Below the pieces are notes generated by a model. That model saw only the letters and a list, made by a program, of their open reading frames with translations, did no database searches and was not told the DNA's origin. A stretch of 64,000 nt of DNA from Bdellovibrionales bacterium (GTDB lineage Bacteria > Bdellovibrionota > Bdellovibrionia > Bdellovibrionales > UBA1609): assembly GCA_020630675.1 (NCBI GenBank), contig JAHDIR010000001.1:153015-217014 (forward strand), written 5' to 3'. The stretch's first letter is position 1; each line of letters starts with the position of its first letter. Shown here piece after piece: positions 1-9,733 of the stretch. A program made the translations under genes and the position numbers.

Positions 1-154
1 TAAGGCTAAATAGTTGCTTGAGTAAAATTCCCATAAAACCCCTTTTATGAATTAAAAATATTTATAGTTTAATATTACGGCCATAGAATTTTTCGTTAAT
101 CTATCAATGAATATGCCAACACTCAATGATTAAAAGTAAATAGGCTTTTGCGAC

Positions 155-2401
155 TTATAAATCAAAATAAGTGAACTTATTTTTGATGTCTTTAAAAATA
201 TCATGATCAACAAGCTCAATAACAAAATCTGCCCAATCTAAAAGCTCCTGAGAGGAGTGACACCTTTCTGCGTTAAAATCTCCTTCTATAAGTGGGTCAT
301 AAAATTTAACTTGGTAATTGCTTTTTGTTAAATTTTCAATGATAGGAAGGGCTGGTGTCTCCCTAACGTCGCCAATATTTTTTTTATAAGAAACACCTAA
401 AATTCCAATTTTTTTATTGGCTTTAATTTTGTTTTTAATTCGTTCCGAAATAATATTCGGTCGATGATCGTTGATGTTTCGAGCCATTTTAATGAGCTCT
501 GCGGGGGCTGACACGCTCTCAACAAGAAACCATGGGTCAATAGCGATACAATGTCCTCCCACTCCAATTCCTGGGTTCAGTATATTTACTCTCGGGTGCC
601 TGTTGGCTAAGTGAATGGCCTCTCGGCTGTTAACTCCTAGTTCGGTCAAAATAACATCAAATTCATTGGCTAGCGCAATGTTTACGTCTCTGAAGGTGTT
701 TTCTAAAAGTTTACAAGTTTCTGCCGTGGTGGCACTGGTTTGAAAAACTTGTCCTTTAACAAAGCTTTCATACAGTTTTGCGGCTAGGTCTGTGGACTTA
801 TCGCATAGACCTCCAACAATTCGGTCATTACTTTGTAGTTCATGGAGAGTGAGCCCTGGAATGGCTCTTTCCGGGCAATGAGCAATTAAGATTTTTTTTC
901 CACTTTTGGCAAAGAGGGGAGCTACAAAATGACTACAGGTGGTTGGCTTGATGGTGGACTCTATAATCACTAGATCCTCATCTTTTATTATTGGTAATAA
1001 GGATTCACATGCGTTCATAACATAACTAAGGTCACAGCTTTTATTTTTGTGAGGGGTGGGCACAGAAATAATATGAATTTTTGCCTCATTGGGCTGAGTG
1101 GAAACGGTTAGTTTTTGCGATTGAAAGGAACTTTTTAAAATCTCAGGCAGGCCAGGCTCTTCAAAAGGGCATTTTCCGGACTGGAGTTGTTCGATTTTTT
1201 GAGTATTAATATCAACTCCATGCACTTGATGCCCAGCTTGAGCTAGTAAGGTTGCCAGAGGAAGACCCATATAACCAAGACCAATCACATTTATACTATA
1301 TGATTTTGAACTTGAGTTTTTTAAAGGTTTATTTTTTTTAGAAATAATATTGAGAATTTTTTGGGCTGTGGTGCCGTCGCCAAAAGGATTTTCCCATTCA
1401 TAATTTTTCATAGACAGAAAATGGTTCATAGCTTCAATAATTTTTTCTTGCTGAAAGCCAACAACTAGATTGGCGCCAACATCGACAGTCTCGGGGCGTT
1501 CCGTGTTTTCTCTAAGAGTTACACAAGGAGTTCCTAGAATACAGGCCTCTTCTTGAACTCCACCAGAGTCAGTGAGGATAATTTTTGCATTCTTTTCTAA
1601 AGTGACAAAGTCGGAGTAGTTAAGAGGGGACAGGAGTTTTAGTTGATCAGGAACTATAATTTTAAAACTTTCAATGGATTTAGTTGTTCGAGGGTGCACA
1701 GGCCAAACAACCTTTAATCCAAAGTGCTGAGAAATAAATGTGAGCTTGCTTATAAGTTCTTGTAAGTTGACCTGGCTATCCACATTTTTACTGCGATGAA
1801 GAGTGGCCAAAATATATTTATCTTTGTTTTCATTGATTCTTCTGAGGATATCACTATCTTTTTTTAATATATTTTGAAGAGAGTCAACAATGGTATTTCC
1901 CACCACTTGAATATTTTTTTGAGGCAAGCCTTCTTTTTCTAGGATTTCTTTTTGTTTATTAGTCACCGCAAAACAAATTTCTGATAGATGGTCCGTTACG
2001 ATTCGGTTGGTTTCTTCGGGCATTGTTCGATCATAAGATCGAAGGCCTGCTTCAATATGTGCAACTTTAATGTTTAGTTTGCTGGCTGCTAAGCCCCCAG
2101 CAAGTACAGTGTTTGTATCTCCTTGAACTAAAACCCAGTCTGGTTTTTCTCTTTCAAGGATAGGTTCCATTTTAATCATAATATTACCGGTTTGGTTACT
2201 ATGTTTTCCCGAGCCAACTCCTAGATTGTAGTCTGGCTTTGGCAGGTTAAGCTCTTTAAAAAAAACCTCATCCATATTGGAGCTATAATGCTGATTAGAA
2301 TGAATTATAAAAAAAGGAATTCCTCTTTTTTGCGACTCAATAATGAGGGGAGCTACCTTAATGACTTCTGGTCGAGTTCCAACAATAAAACATAATTTCA
2401 T
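155..2401 (-). CDS. Fusion protein: UDP-N-acetylglucosamine 2-epimerase (WecB-like, N-half) / UDP-N-acetyl-D-mannosamine dehydrogenase (WecC-like, C-half)
   Basis: 748-aa ORF. N-half has WecB hallmarks (GTRPEVIKVAPL, HIEAGLRSYD, DSGGVQEEA). C-half has a UDP-sugar dehydrogenase Rossmann motif (VIGLGYMGLPLATLLA) and a catalytic Cys motif (GVGGHCIAIDP). Domain junction near nt 1300-1330. Confidence 0.85.
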   Translation of the reverse strand: MKLCFIVGTRPEVIKVAPLIIESQKRGIPFFIIHSNQHYSSNMDEVFFKELNLPKPDYNLGVGSGKHSNQTGNIMIKMEPILEREKPDWVLVQGDTNTVLAGGLAASKLNIKVAHIEAGLRSYDRTMPEETNRIVTDHLSEICFAVTNKQKEILEKEGLPQKNIQVVGNTIVDSLQNILKKDSDILRRINENKDKYILATLHRSKNVDSQVNLQELISKLTFISQHFGLKVVWPVHPRTTKSIESFKIIVPDQLKLLSPLNYSDFVTLEKNAKIILTDSGGVQEEACILGTPCVTLRENTERPETVDVGANLVVGFQQEKIIEAMNHFLSMKNYEWENPFGDGTTAQKILNIISKKNKPLKNSSSKSYSINVIGLGYMGLPLATLLAQAGHQVHGVDINTQKIEQLQSGKCPFEEPGLPEILKSSFQSQKLTVSTQPNEAKIHIISVPTPHKNKSCDLSYVMNACESLLPIIKDEDLVIIESTIKPTTCSHFVAPLFAKSGKKILIAHCPERAIPGLTLHELQSNDRIVGGLCDKSTDLAAKLYESFVKGQVFQTSATTAETCKLLENTFRDVNIALANEFDVILTELGVNSREAIHLANRHPRVNILNPGIGVGGHCIAIDPWFLVESVSAPAELIKMARNINDHRPNIISERIKNKIKANKKIGILGVSYKKNIGDVRETPALPIIENLTKSNYQVKFYDPLIEGDFNAERCHSSQELLDWADFVIELVDHDIFKDIKNKFTYFDL

Positions 2402-2414
2402 AGGAGTCCTGTTC

Positions 2415-3395
2415 TTATAAATTATAAATATTACTTTTGTACATAGCTAGGTTTTTGGGGTTTTTAAACCATTCAATAGTGGCTGTTAAACCGGCTTTAA
2501 TATCATAACTGGGTTGAAAGCCAGTAAGTTTATTTATTTTACTGTTATCACACCATAGTCGAAAAACTTCCGAGTTTTTAGGGCGAATTCTTTGCGGATC
2601 TTGAGTGAATTCAACATCTGACCCAATAATTTCTTTAATTAAATTTAAAGTGTCCCCCACTGAAATTTCAAAGTTAGAGCCAATGTTGACAACTTCGCCA
2701 ATGGCCTTTTCACATTCAGCCAATTCAGCAAAACCTTTGACGGTGTCTAAGACATAGTTGAAGTCTCTGGTGGGGGTAACATCTCCCAGTTGAATCTCTT
2801 TTTTTCCGGCCAAAATTTGAATAATAATCGAAGGAATCACAGCTCTTGCCGACTGCCTTGGGCCGTAGGTATTAAAAGGTCTAGCAACAATTAATGGAAG
2901 TTGAAAAGAGTTATGAAAACTAAGAGCTAAAGAATCAGCACCGATTTTACTTGCACTATAGGGAGACTGAGCTTGCAAGGGGTGGTTTTCATCAATAGGT
3001 ACATACTGAGCGGTGCCGTAGACTTCACTTGTTGACGTGTGAATCATAAGTTGGCAGCCACTTTTTAATGCGGCATGACAGATATTAGTGGTTCCTTTAA
3101 CGTTAACATCAACATATGTGCTGGGAGCAACGTAAGAGTAAGGAATGGCAATTAAGGCTGCAAGATGAAAAATGAAGTCCATTCCCTCGGTCAGCGTTTG
3201 GCAAAAATGAGGGTCTATAATATTTCCGCTCACCACCTCGATATTCTCTTTATTTTCTATGTTGTCTAACCACCCCCAAGAATTGAAGGAGTTGTATAAG
3301 CTTAAGGCTCGAACTTTATATCCTTTGTTAACAAGGTGTTCGACTAAATGAGACCCAATAAATCCATCGGCTCCAGTAACAAGTGCAGTTTTCAT
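2415..3395 (-). CDS. NAD-dependent nucleotide-sugar epimerase/dehydratase (extended SDR)
   Basis: VTGADGFIGSHL glycine-rich NAD motif and YSASK catalytic motif. 326 aa. AAGAGGA RBS upstream. Ends 13 nt before the wecB-wecC fusion gene. Confidence 0.8.
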   Translation of the reverse strand: MKTALVTGADGFIGSHLVEHLVNKGYKVRALSLYNSFNSWGWLDNIENKENIEVVSGNIIDPHFCQTLTEGMDFIFHLAALIAIPYSYVAPSTYVDVNVKGTTNICHAALKSGCQLMIHTSTSEVYGTAQYVPIDENHPLQAQSPYSASKIGADSLALSFHNSFQLPLIVARPFNTYGPRQSARAVIPSIIIQILAGKKEIQLGDVTPTRDFNYVLDTVKGFAELAECEKAIGEVVNIGSNFEISVGDTLNLIKEIIGSDVEFTQDPQRIRPKNSEVFRLWCDNSKINKLTGFQPSYDIKAGLTATIEWFKNPKNLAMYKSNIYNL

Positions 3396-3539
3396 AGCTG
3401 TTTTCCTCTTACTACAAGGTTAAATACTCAGCGCTATTTTGTAAACAAGTATGGCTAGGCACGGGTTGGAACTTATCTATAGTCCCTAGACGCTTGTCTA
3501 TATGAGAAGCTTATTAGGCCTAAAGGTGGTTTATGAAAA

Positions 3540-4763
3540 ATGAGTATGGGTATATACTTAATATTCAATATCATTTTGTTAAGTTTTTTAAGGAAGATTG
3601 AGTTGGGATCACATCAGCGTTTTGTAAATAGATTAATAGAAAAGTTTCCTCAAAGAGTGGGGCTTTGTGAGCCTGAGTTTTTAGGAAATGAAAAAAAGTA
3701 TTTACAAGAATGTATAGATACCGCTTGGGTTTCTACAGCTGGTCCATTTGTAAAAAAGTTTGAACAAGCCATTCAAGATTTAAGTTCTTGCCAGTATGCT
3801 ATTGCAACTAATACGGGCACCGCAGCTCTTCACACCCTTTATTTGTCGGCCGGGATTCAACCAGGTGATGAAGTTTTAACACAAAGTCTTACTTTTGTTG
3901 CTACGGTCAACGCCATATCTTACTGTCAAGCAACTCCTCACTTTGTGGATGTGGCTAACGACAACTCACTTTGTATTTGTCCCTTAAAATTGGAAGCCTA
4001 TTTAAGTCGCATTTGTACCCATAAAGAAGGTTGCGCCATTAATAAGCAAACGGGTCGTCCCATTCGTGCTTTAGTAATTATGCACACTTTTGGTCGCGTT
4101 GCTCTTATGGATGAACTTATAGCGGTATGCCAGCGTTACCATATTAAGGTTCTTGAAGACGCCGCTGAGGCCTTAGGAAGTGAATATAAAGGAAAAGCTG
4201 TTGGTGGCCTTGGGCTCGGTGGAGTGTTTAGCTTCAATGGCAATAAGATAGTCACTAGCGGTGGCGGTGGAGTGGTGGTGACCAATGATAAAAAGTTAGC
4301 TGAACAGGCTCGACATATTTCAACCACGGCTAAAAAATCTCACCCTTACTTATATGATCATGACCAGGTCGGCTTTAATTATCGAATGCCCAATGTCAAT
4401 GCCGCTATAGCTTTAGGTCAACTGGAAAGGTTTTCAGACATTTTACAAAAAAAACAAAATTTACAAAAAGTGTATGAAGAGCTCTTTCAAGATCTTGATG
4501 ATGTCACTATACTAAAAGATGAGGCATGGTTTAGGAGTAATCATTGGCTGATCGTCGCTCAATTAAAAAATTGTCGTTATGATGAGTTGTCCCAGGTGTT
4601 AAAGGAGCTCAATGATAAAAATATTTGTGTTAGACCAGTCTGGAAGCCCATTCATAAATTATCACCCTACCAAAATTGTCCTAAAGATGAACTGTCGGCC
4701 ACTGAGTTAAAAGCACAAAGCTTGGTTTGCCTTCCAAGTAGTTCTTTTTTAGTTGCTCCCTAA
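3540..4763 (+). CDS. DegT/DnrJ/EryC1/StrS-family PLP-dependent sugar aminotransferase
   Basis: Family-typical N-terminal region (CEPEFLGNEKKYLQECIDTAWVS) and PLP-lysine region (FSFNGNKIVTSGGGGVVVT). The first ~40 aa are atypical, so the true start may be downstream of 3540. Confidence 0.85.
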   Translation: MSMGIYLIFNIILLSFLRKIELGSHQRFVNRLIEKFPQRVGLCEPEFLGNEKKYLQECIDTAWVSTAGPFVKKFEQAIQDLSSCQYAIATNTGTAALHTLYLSAGIQPGDEVLTQSLTFVATVNAISYCQATPHFVDVANDNSLCICPLKLEAYLSRICTHKEGCAINKQTGRPIRALVIMHTFGRVALMDELIAVCQRYHIKVLEDAAEALGSEYKGKAVGGLGLGGVFSFNGNKIVTSGGGGVVVTNDKKLAEQARHISTTAKKSHPYLYDHDQVGFNYRMPNVNAAIALGQLERFSDILQKKQNLQKVYEELFQDLDDVTILKDEAWFRSNHWLIVAQLKNCRYDELSQVLKELNDKNICVRPVWKPIHKLSPYQNCPKDELSATELKAQSLVCLPSSSFLVAP

Positions 4764-6066
4764 GGGGTTAGCAAGTAGGCTTTTTTATATGACCTTCAGG
4801 CCTAACTTTAATCAAATAGTTCCATTTGTTATGGCCCTCTACTTTTTAGCACTGATGTTTACAAACGCTGGTATACAGATAATGTCCGGCCTACTTGTTT
4901 TATTATTTCTCGTACATCTTTTTAAACAAAACAATCAAGCTGACGGTAAAGCCTTGATGTTATTTTTAAAGGGGCCACTGGTTTTAGCGGCCTTATTTAC
5001 CGCCTCGGGATTTTTTTCGCTTTTGTTAAACTTAGAAGATTGGCAAGATGTTTTTCGTGCAATGAGTAAGTACCGCTGGCTACTATACTATGTGTCTTTT
5101 ACTTATCTTATTTATTTTTTCTATAAACCGAGATGGGTTAAAAAATCTCATGGTTTTTATTTTATAATTATTTTGATGACTTTGTTAGCCCTGCATCAAG
5201 CTTATACGGGGGTTGATATCATTGCAGGAAAAGATTATCGGTTAGTGGCCTCGGGTGATCTTTTCAGAAGTGTGGGAACTTTCAGCATACCCCTCACTTT
5301 TGCCTATGTTTATGGAATGCTATTTTTTGGTTTGCTGCCCCAGTTATTTCTTTTGAAGAGCAAATTTTCATATAAACGCTTAGGTTTTTTATCTTTGGTG
5401 GGGTTAGCCTTATTGGTCGGTTTAATTTACTCACAAACTCGTGGAGCTTGGCTTGCTTTTGTTTGTACTTTATTTTTATTTTTCTTAGTTCATAAGCCTC
5501 TTCGAAACTACAGCTTAATACTTTGCATCTTACTGGGAGGGTTTTACTTTTTAAGTCCCGACCATATTCAGTATAGAGTCAATAGCATGGTGAATGTTTC
5601 TACGGATGAAAGTAACCTTGGGCGTTTTGCTATATGGAAAGGGCACTATCATTTATTTCAGCAGAAAAAAAGTTTTGGTTGGGGCATGGGAAATAATGTT
5701 AACCATCTACAGGAAAGTTATGATCAGTTAGGAATTGTTGGTGCTCAAATTAACCATGCTCATAATAACTATATTCATATTTTATCAGCCCAAGGGCTTG
5801 TGGGTTTTGTTTTGTATTTATTTTTAAATGTGACCTTCTTGTTCATGTCATGGCGTTTATATAAGGCTTCTAATCCAGTCGTTAGCTGTTTAGGTTTGTC
5901 GGTATTTCTCATTCAGGTTTTCTTTGCTTTAGGCGGCCTTACTGAGGCCACTTTTTTGGATCAAGAGCTCAATCATCAGTTGGTTTTTTGTTGGGCTTTG
6001 GTGTCAGCTCTTAGCGCTAAAGAGAGCTTTGGTCACTTAGGTAAGGCCACGCCCCTTTCGACTTAA
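4753..6066 (+). CDS. O-antigen ligase/polymerase family (Wzy_C-type) integral membrane protein
   Basis: Multi-pass hydrophobic protein with signatures SQTRGAWLAF and HAHNNYIHILSAQGLVG. The TTG at 4753 overlaps the upstream stop. Alternative ATG at 4789. Confidence 0.7.
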   Translation: MLPKGLASRLFYMTFRPNFNQIVPFVMALYFLALMFTNAGIQIMSGLLVLLFLVHLFKQNNQADGKALMLFLKGPLVLAALFTASGFFSLLLNLEDWQDVFRAMSKYRWLLYYVSFTYLIYFFYKPRWVKKSHGFYFIIILMTLLALHQAYTGVDIIAGKDYRLVASGDLFRSVGTFSIPLTFAYVYGMLFFGLLPQLFLLKSKFSYKRLGFLSLVGLALLVGLIYSQTRGAWLAFVCTLFLFFLVHKPLRNYSLILCILLGGFYFLSPDHIQYRVNSMVNVSTDESNLGRFAIWKGHYHLFQQKKSFGWGMGNNVNHLQESYDQLGIVGAQINHAHNNYIHILSAQGLVGFVLYLFLNVTFLFMSWRLYKASNPVVSCLGLSVFLIQVFFALGGLTEATFLDQELNHQLVFCWALVSALSAKESFGHLGKATPLST

Positions 6067-6107
6067 CTTATAGGTTTAAATTATAAGTCGATTTGCTGCG
6101 TGAAACA

Positions 6108-7205
6108 TTACTGAAGTGTATACTCAAATTTGACTTTTGATTTAGGGCTTCTGTTTGTTTGCATTAAAAACCAATTTATGACCTCTTCAAGCCCCACTTC
6201 TAAATTGATCAAAGGAGCGTAGCCAAGTTCTTGGGTGATTTTAGAGGTGTCAGCTTGGGAGTTACATATATCCCCAGGTCGAGCATCCCCGTAGATAGCC
6301 TCTGAAAGGTCAGAGAGCTCCAGGGAATGAGAGAGTTTTTTTATAACCAGTTGAGCCAGTGAATTTAAGTTGATAGGTTCACCAGCAGAAAGGTTAAAAA
6401 CCTGTCCTTCTAAGCGAGGGTTGTTGGTGAGGCAGGCTTTAACGTTGGCAAACACAACATTTTGAACATGACAAAAATCACGAACTTGTAAGCCATTTCC
6501 GTAAATTTCAATTTGCTCTTTGTTGATAAGGCACTGAATCCATTTAGGGATAACCGCAGCGTAGGAGCCCGTAGGGTCTTGGCGAGAACCAAAAATATTA
6601 AAATACCTGAAGCCAACGATTGGGAGGTTGTAGCAAGAGTGCCAAGTTTGAGCATAAGCTTCATTTGTTATTTTTGTGGCAGCATAAGGTGAAAGTAGAG
6701 TGCCTGTGTAGCCTTCTTTTTGCATGGTTAAATTATTTTCCCCATAAACAGCACTGCTGCTGGCGTAAATTAGCTTACGAACGCAAAGCTTTTTGGCCAG
6801 CTCTAGCACATTCAAAAAACCTTCGACATTGTTTTTGTGGTAGAGCTCTGGCTCATCGATAGAACCAGGAACAGAACCAAGAGCGGCATGATGAAGAATA
6901 AAGTCTACTTTTTTTAATGAAGGATGATTGGCTTTTAAATGACAAACATCGCTTTCAATAAAAGTAAATCGTTCCCACTGCTCTTTGGTTAAAGAAGATT
7001 GAACTTCATTGAGGTTTGATAAATCACTGGCAATAAAATTATCGACACCAATGACTTTTTGGCCATGAGATAAAAGAGTTTCTAATAAATGAGAGCCAAT
7101 GAACCCAGCGACTCCAGTGATACACCAAGTGAATTGATGCTCAACTAACTTTTGGGCACAGAAAGAATCTAATAAGTTTTTGGGCTCATATTTTAATTTT
7201 GTCAT
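6108..7205 (-). CDS. UDP-sugar 4-epimerase, WbpP/TviC-like SDR
   Basis: ITGVAGFIGSHLLETLL...VIGVDNF and YAATK motifs. 365 aa. Start overlaps the ugd stop (ATGA). Confidence 0.7.
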   Translation of the reverse strand: MTKLKYEPKNLLDSFCAQKLVEHQFTWCITGVAGFIGSHLLETLLSHGQKVIGVDNFIASDLSNLNEVQSSLTKEQWERFTFIESDVCHLKANHPSLKKVDFILHHAALGSVPGSIDEPELYHKNNVEGFLNVLELAKKLCVRKLIYASSSAVYGENNLTMQKEGYTGTLLSPYAATKITNEAYAQTWHSCYNLPIVGFRYFNIFGSRQDPTGSYAAVIPKWIQCLINKEQIEIYGNGLQVRDFCHVQNVVFANVKACLTNNPRLEGQVFNLSAGEPINLNSLAQLVIKKLSHSLELSDLSEAIYGDARPGDICNSQADTSKITQELGYAPLINLEVGLEEVINWFLMQTNRSPKSKVKFEYTLQ

Positions 7206-8539
7206 AGTGGTGCTCGTCCAATAGATATATATTTAAACCCATTTTGTTTCAAATGAACAGGAGAATATTGGTTGCGACCATCAAAAATAATGTTGTTTTT
7301 AAGACGCTTTTTTATTTCAGTGAAATTTGGCTCTCTGAACTCTCTCCATTCTGTGAGAAGGGCTAGGGCATCGCAGCCCTCTAAGGCTTCGTAGGGAGTG
7401 TTGCAGGACTGAACCTTGAGAGGGTCTATGTCAAAGTCTTTCCATTCGATTTGAGCAGCAGGGTCATAGGTTTTAACGTTGGCTCCAGCACCGATAAGAT
7501 CAGAAATAATATCTATGGCTGGCGATTTTCGAGTGTCATTAGTTAAAGGTTTAAATGCTAAGCCCCAAATGGCAAAGGTTAAACCTGTGAGGTCTTGGTT
7601 GAAGTGTTTAATAATTTTTTGACTAAATAAAGCTCGTTGTTGTTGGTTTGTTTTTTCAACCGCCTCAAGAAGTGGGGTGTGTGTATTATTTCTATGTGCA
7701 ATAGCAATTAAGGCGGAAATATCTTTGGGAAAGCAAGAGCCACCATAGCCAAGGCCTGGGTATATAAAGTGCGGGCCTATTCGCGAGTCCGAGCCCATTC
7801 CCTTTCTAACCATGGAGATATCAGCTCCTGTTTGTTCGCATAGGTTGGCCACCTCATTGATAAAAGATATTTTTGTGGCGAGCATGGCATTAGAAGCGTA
7901 CTTGGTCATTTCTGCCGAGCAAATATCCATGAACAGTATAGGGTGCCCATTTTGAGTGAAAGGGGTGTATAGCTGTTGCATGAGAGTTTTAGCTTCATCA
8001 TTTTCGTATCCAATAACAATACGATCTGGTTTCATAAAGTCATTTATGGCAGCCCCTTCTTTTAAAAATTCCGGGTTGGAAATTATATTGAATTTTAAGT
8101 TCAGCTCCTCTTGCCTTGTCTTTAGCTCAGCGTAAATAAGCTCTTTGACTTTTTGACCTGTACCTATAGGGACAGTTGATTTAACAACGATTGTTTTATG
8201 GCTGTCCATTTGCTGGCCAATGACTTTAGCTACAGCAAATACGGCATTGAGGTCTGCTTCGCCGGATGGCCCCGCTGGTGTTCCAACAGCAATAAATAAG
8301 ATGTCACAGCTTTTGATCGTAGATGTGAGGTTTGAGCTAAAACTAAGTCGCTGGGCGGTGCTGTTAGAAATAATCATTTCTTTCAAGCCCGGTTCGTAAA
8401 TTGTTACAATATGATCATTAAGTAGGTTAATTTTACCAGCGTTGATATCGGCACATACAACTTGGTTTCCCATCTCAGCAAAGCCAACACTTGAAACCAA
8501 GCCGACATAGCCAGCGCCTAAAACCCCAATTTTCATCAT
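7202..8539 (-). CDS. ugd: UDP-glucose 6-dehydrogenase
   Basis: MKIGVLGAGYVGLVS Rossmann motif, catalytic GGSCFPKD motif, 445 aa. Confidence 0.9.
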   Translation of the reverse strand: MMKIGVLGAGYVGLVSSVGFAEMGNQVVCADINAGKINLLNDHIVTIYEPGLKEMIISNSTAQRLSFSSNLTSTIKSCDILFIAVGTPAGPSGEADLNAVFAVAKVIGQQMDSHKTIVVKSTVPIGTGQKVKELIYAELKTRQEELNLKFNIISNPEFLKEGAAINDFMKPDRIVIGYENDEAKTLMQQLYTPFTQNGHPILFMDICSAEMTKYASNAMLATKISFINEVANLCEQTGADISMVRKGMGSDSRIGPHFIYPGLGYGGSCFPKDISALIAIAHRNNTHTPLLEAVEKTNQQQRALFSQKIIKHFNQDLTGLTFAIWGLAFKPLTNDTRKSPAIDIISDLIGAGANVKTYDPAAQIEWKDFDIDPLKVQSCNTPYEALEGCDALALLTEWREFREPNFTEIKKRLKNNIIFDGRNQYSPVHLKQNGFKYISIGRAPL

Positions 8540-8567
8540 AAATTAACTCCAACGACGGAGCCTAAAA

Positions 8568-9521
8568 CTAAATAAATTTTCGAAAATATTCAATGGTTTT
8601 TAAGAGGCCTTTTTCTAGGGAAACTTTGGGTTGCCAACTAAGAATTGATTTGGCTCGTGTTAGGTCAGGCTTTCTTTGCCTAGGGTCCGATTCAAGAGGA
8701 GGTAGAAATTGAATTTGAGATTGTGAGTGTGTAAGTTTAATGATTTTTTGAGCGAGTTCAAGGATGCTTATTTCGTTGTTATTCCCTATGTTTATAGGCA
8801 TCCAGCAATCTTTCTTTGTTTCCATGGCTTGCATTAAGCCGGAGACAAGGTCATCAACAAAACAAAAAGAGCGAGTTTGTAAACCGTTACCATATATTTT
8901 TAGTGTTTTATTTTGAAGAGCTTGTACAACAAAGTTTGAAACCACTCGTCCGTCATCGCAACTCATATGAGGCCCATAAGTATTAAAAATTCTTATAATT
9001 TTTACAGGAATACCATATTTTTTATGGTAGTCAGAAGTGATTGTTTCAGCACAGCGCTTCCCCTCATCGTAACAAGCTCGGGGGCCAATCGTAGAAACAT
9101 TTCCGAAGTAATTTTCCTTTTGCGGGTGAATGAGAGGTTCTCCATAAACTTCACTCGTGGAGGCTTGCAAGAAACTGGCGCCATGAAATTGCGCAAGCTC
9201 CAAGCAGCGAGCTGTTCCAATGACATTAGTGAGAGTTGTTGTGATGGGTTGCTTTTGGTATTGTTCAGGAGAAGCTGGGCTTGCTAAGTTGTAGATTTTA
9301 TTAATTTTTTTAAGTTTAAATAAGTCTATCATATCACTTTGAACATCATGATTTATAAATAAAAACTTTTTATGAGCCAGTAGTGGCTCAATATTTCTTA
9401 GGTGGCCGGTACTCAAATTATCTAAGCATATGACATTTTCTTCTTGAGCCAAGAGCTGTTGGCAAAGATGAGATCCTAAAAAGCCTGAGCCACCTGTGAC
9501 AAGGCTGGTTTGCATATTCAT
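8568..9521 (-). CDS. UDP-glucuronate decarboxylase (UDP-xylose synthase type)
   Basis: VTGGSGFLGSHL plus the decarboxylase-diagnostic YDEGKRCAE motif. I prefer ATG 9521 (AGGA 7 nt upstream, typical length) over the maximal ORF start 9587, which lacks an RBS. Confidence 0.8.
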   Translation of the reverse strand: MNMQTSLVTGGSGFLGSHLCQQLLAQEENVICLDNLSTGHLRNIEPLLAHKKFLFINHDVQSDMIDLFKLKKINKIYNLASPASPEQYQKQPITTTLTNVIGTARCLELAQFHGASFLQASTSEVYGEPLIHPQKENYFGNVSTIGPRACYDEGKRCAETITSDYHKKYGIPVKIIRIFNTYGPHMSCDDGRVVSNFVVQALQNKTLKIYGNGLQTRSFCFVDDLVSGLMQAMETKKDCWMPINIGNNNEISILELAQKIIKLTHSQSQIQFLPPLESDPRQRKPDLTRAKSILSWQPKVSLEKGLLKTIEYFRKFI

Positions 9522-9733
9522 AAGTGAGTCCTGATTGGGGTAAAGTATGTGGGTCTTAACGGCCTGAGTTCCTCTTAACATTGCCATTTAAAAGCTGCCA
9601 AGACAAACTAATGCTTAGTGTTAAGGTGGTTTTTAATAGAGAAGAAAATAAGTTTTCTATGGTGTGGTTTGTCTCAATTAAGATTTTGTGACATCGTTCT
9701 GGTTTTTGCTTAAGCACAAAGAAGGCTTTTTTA

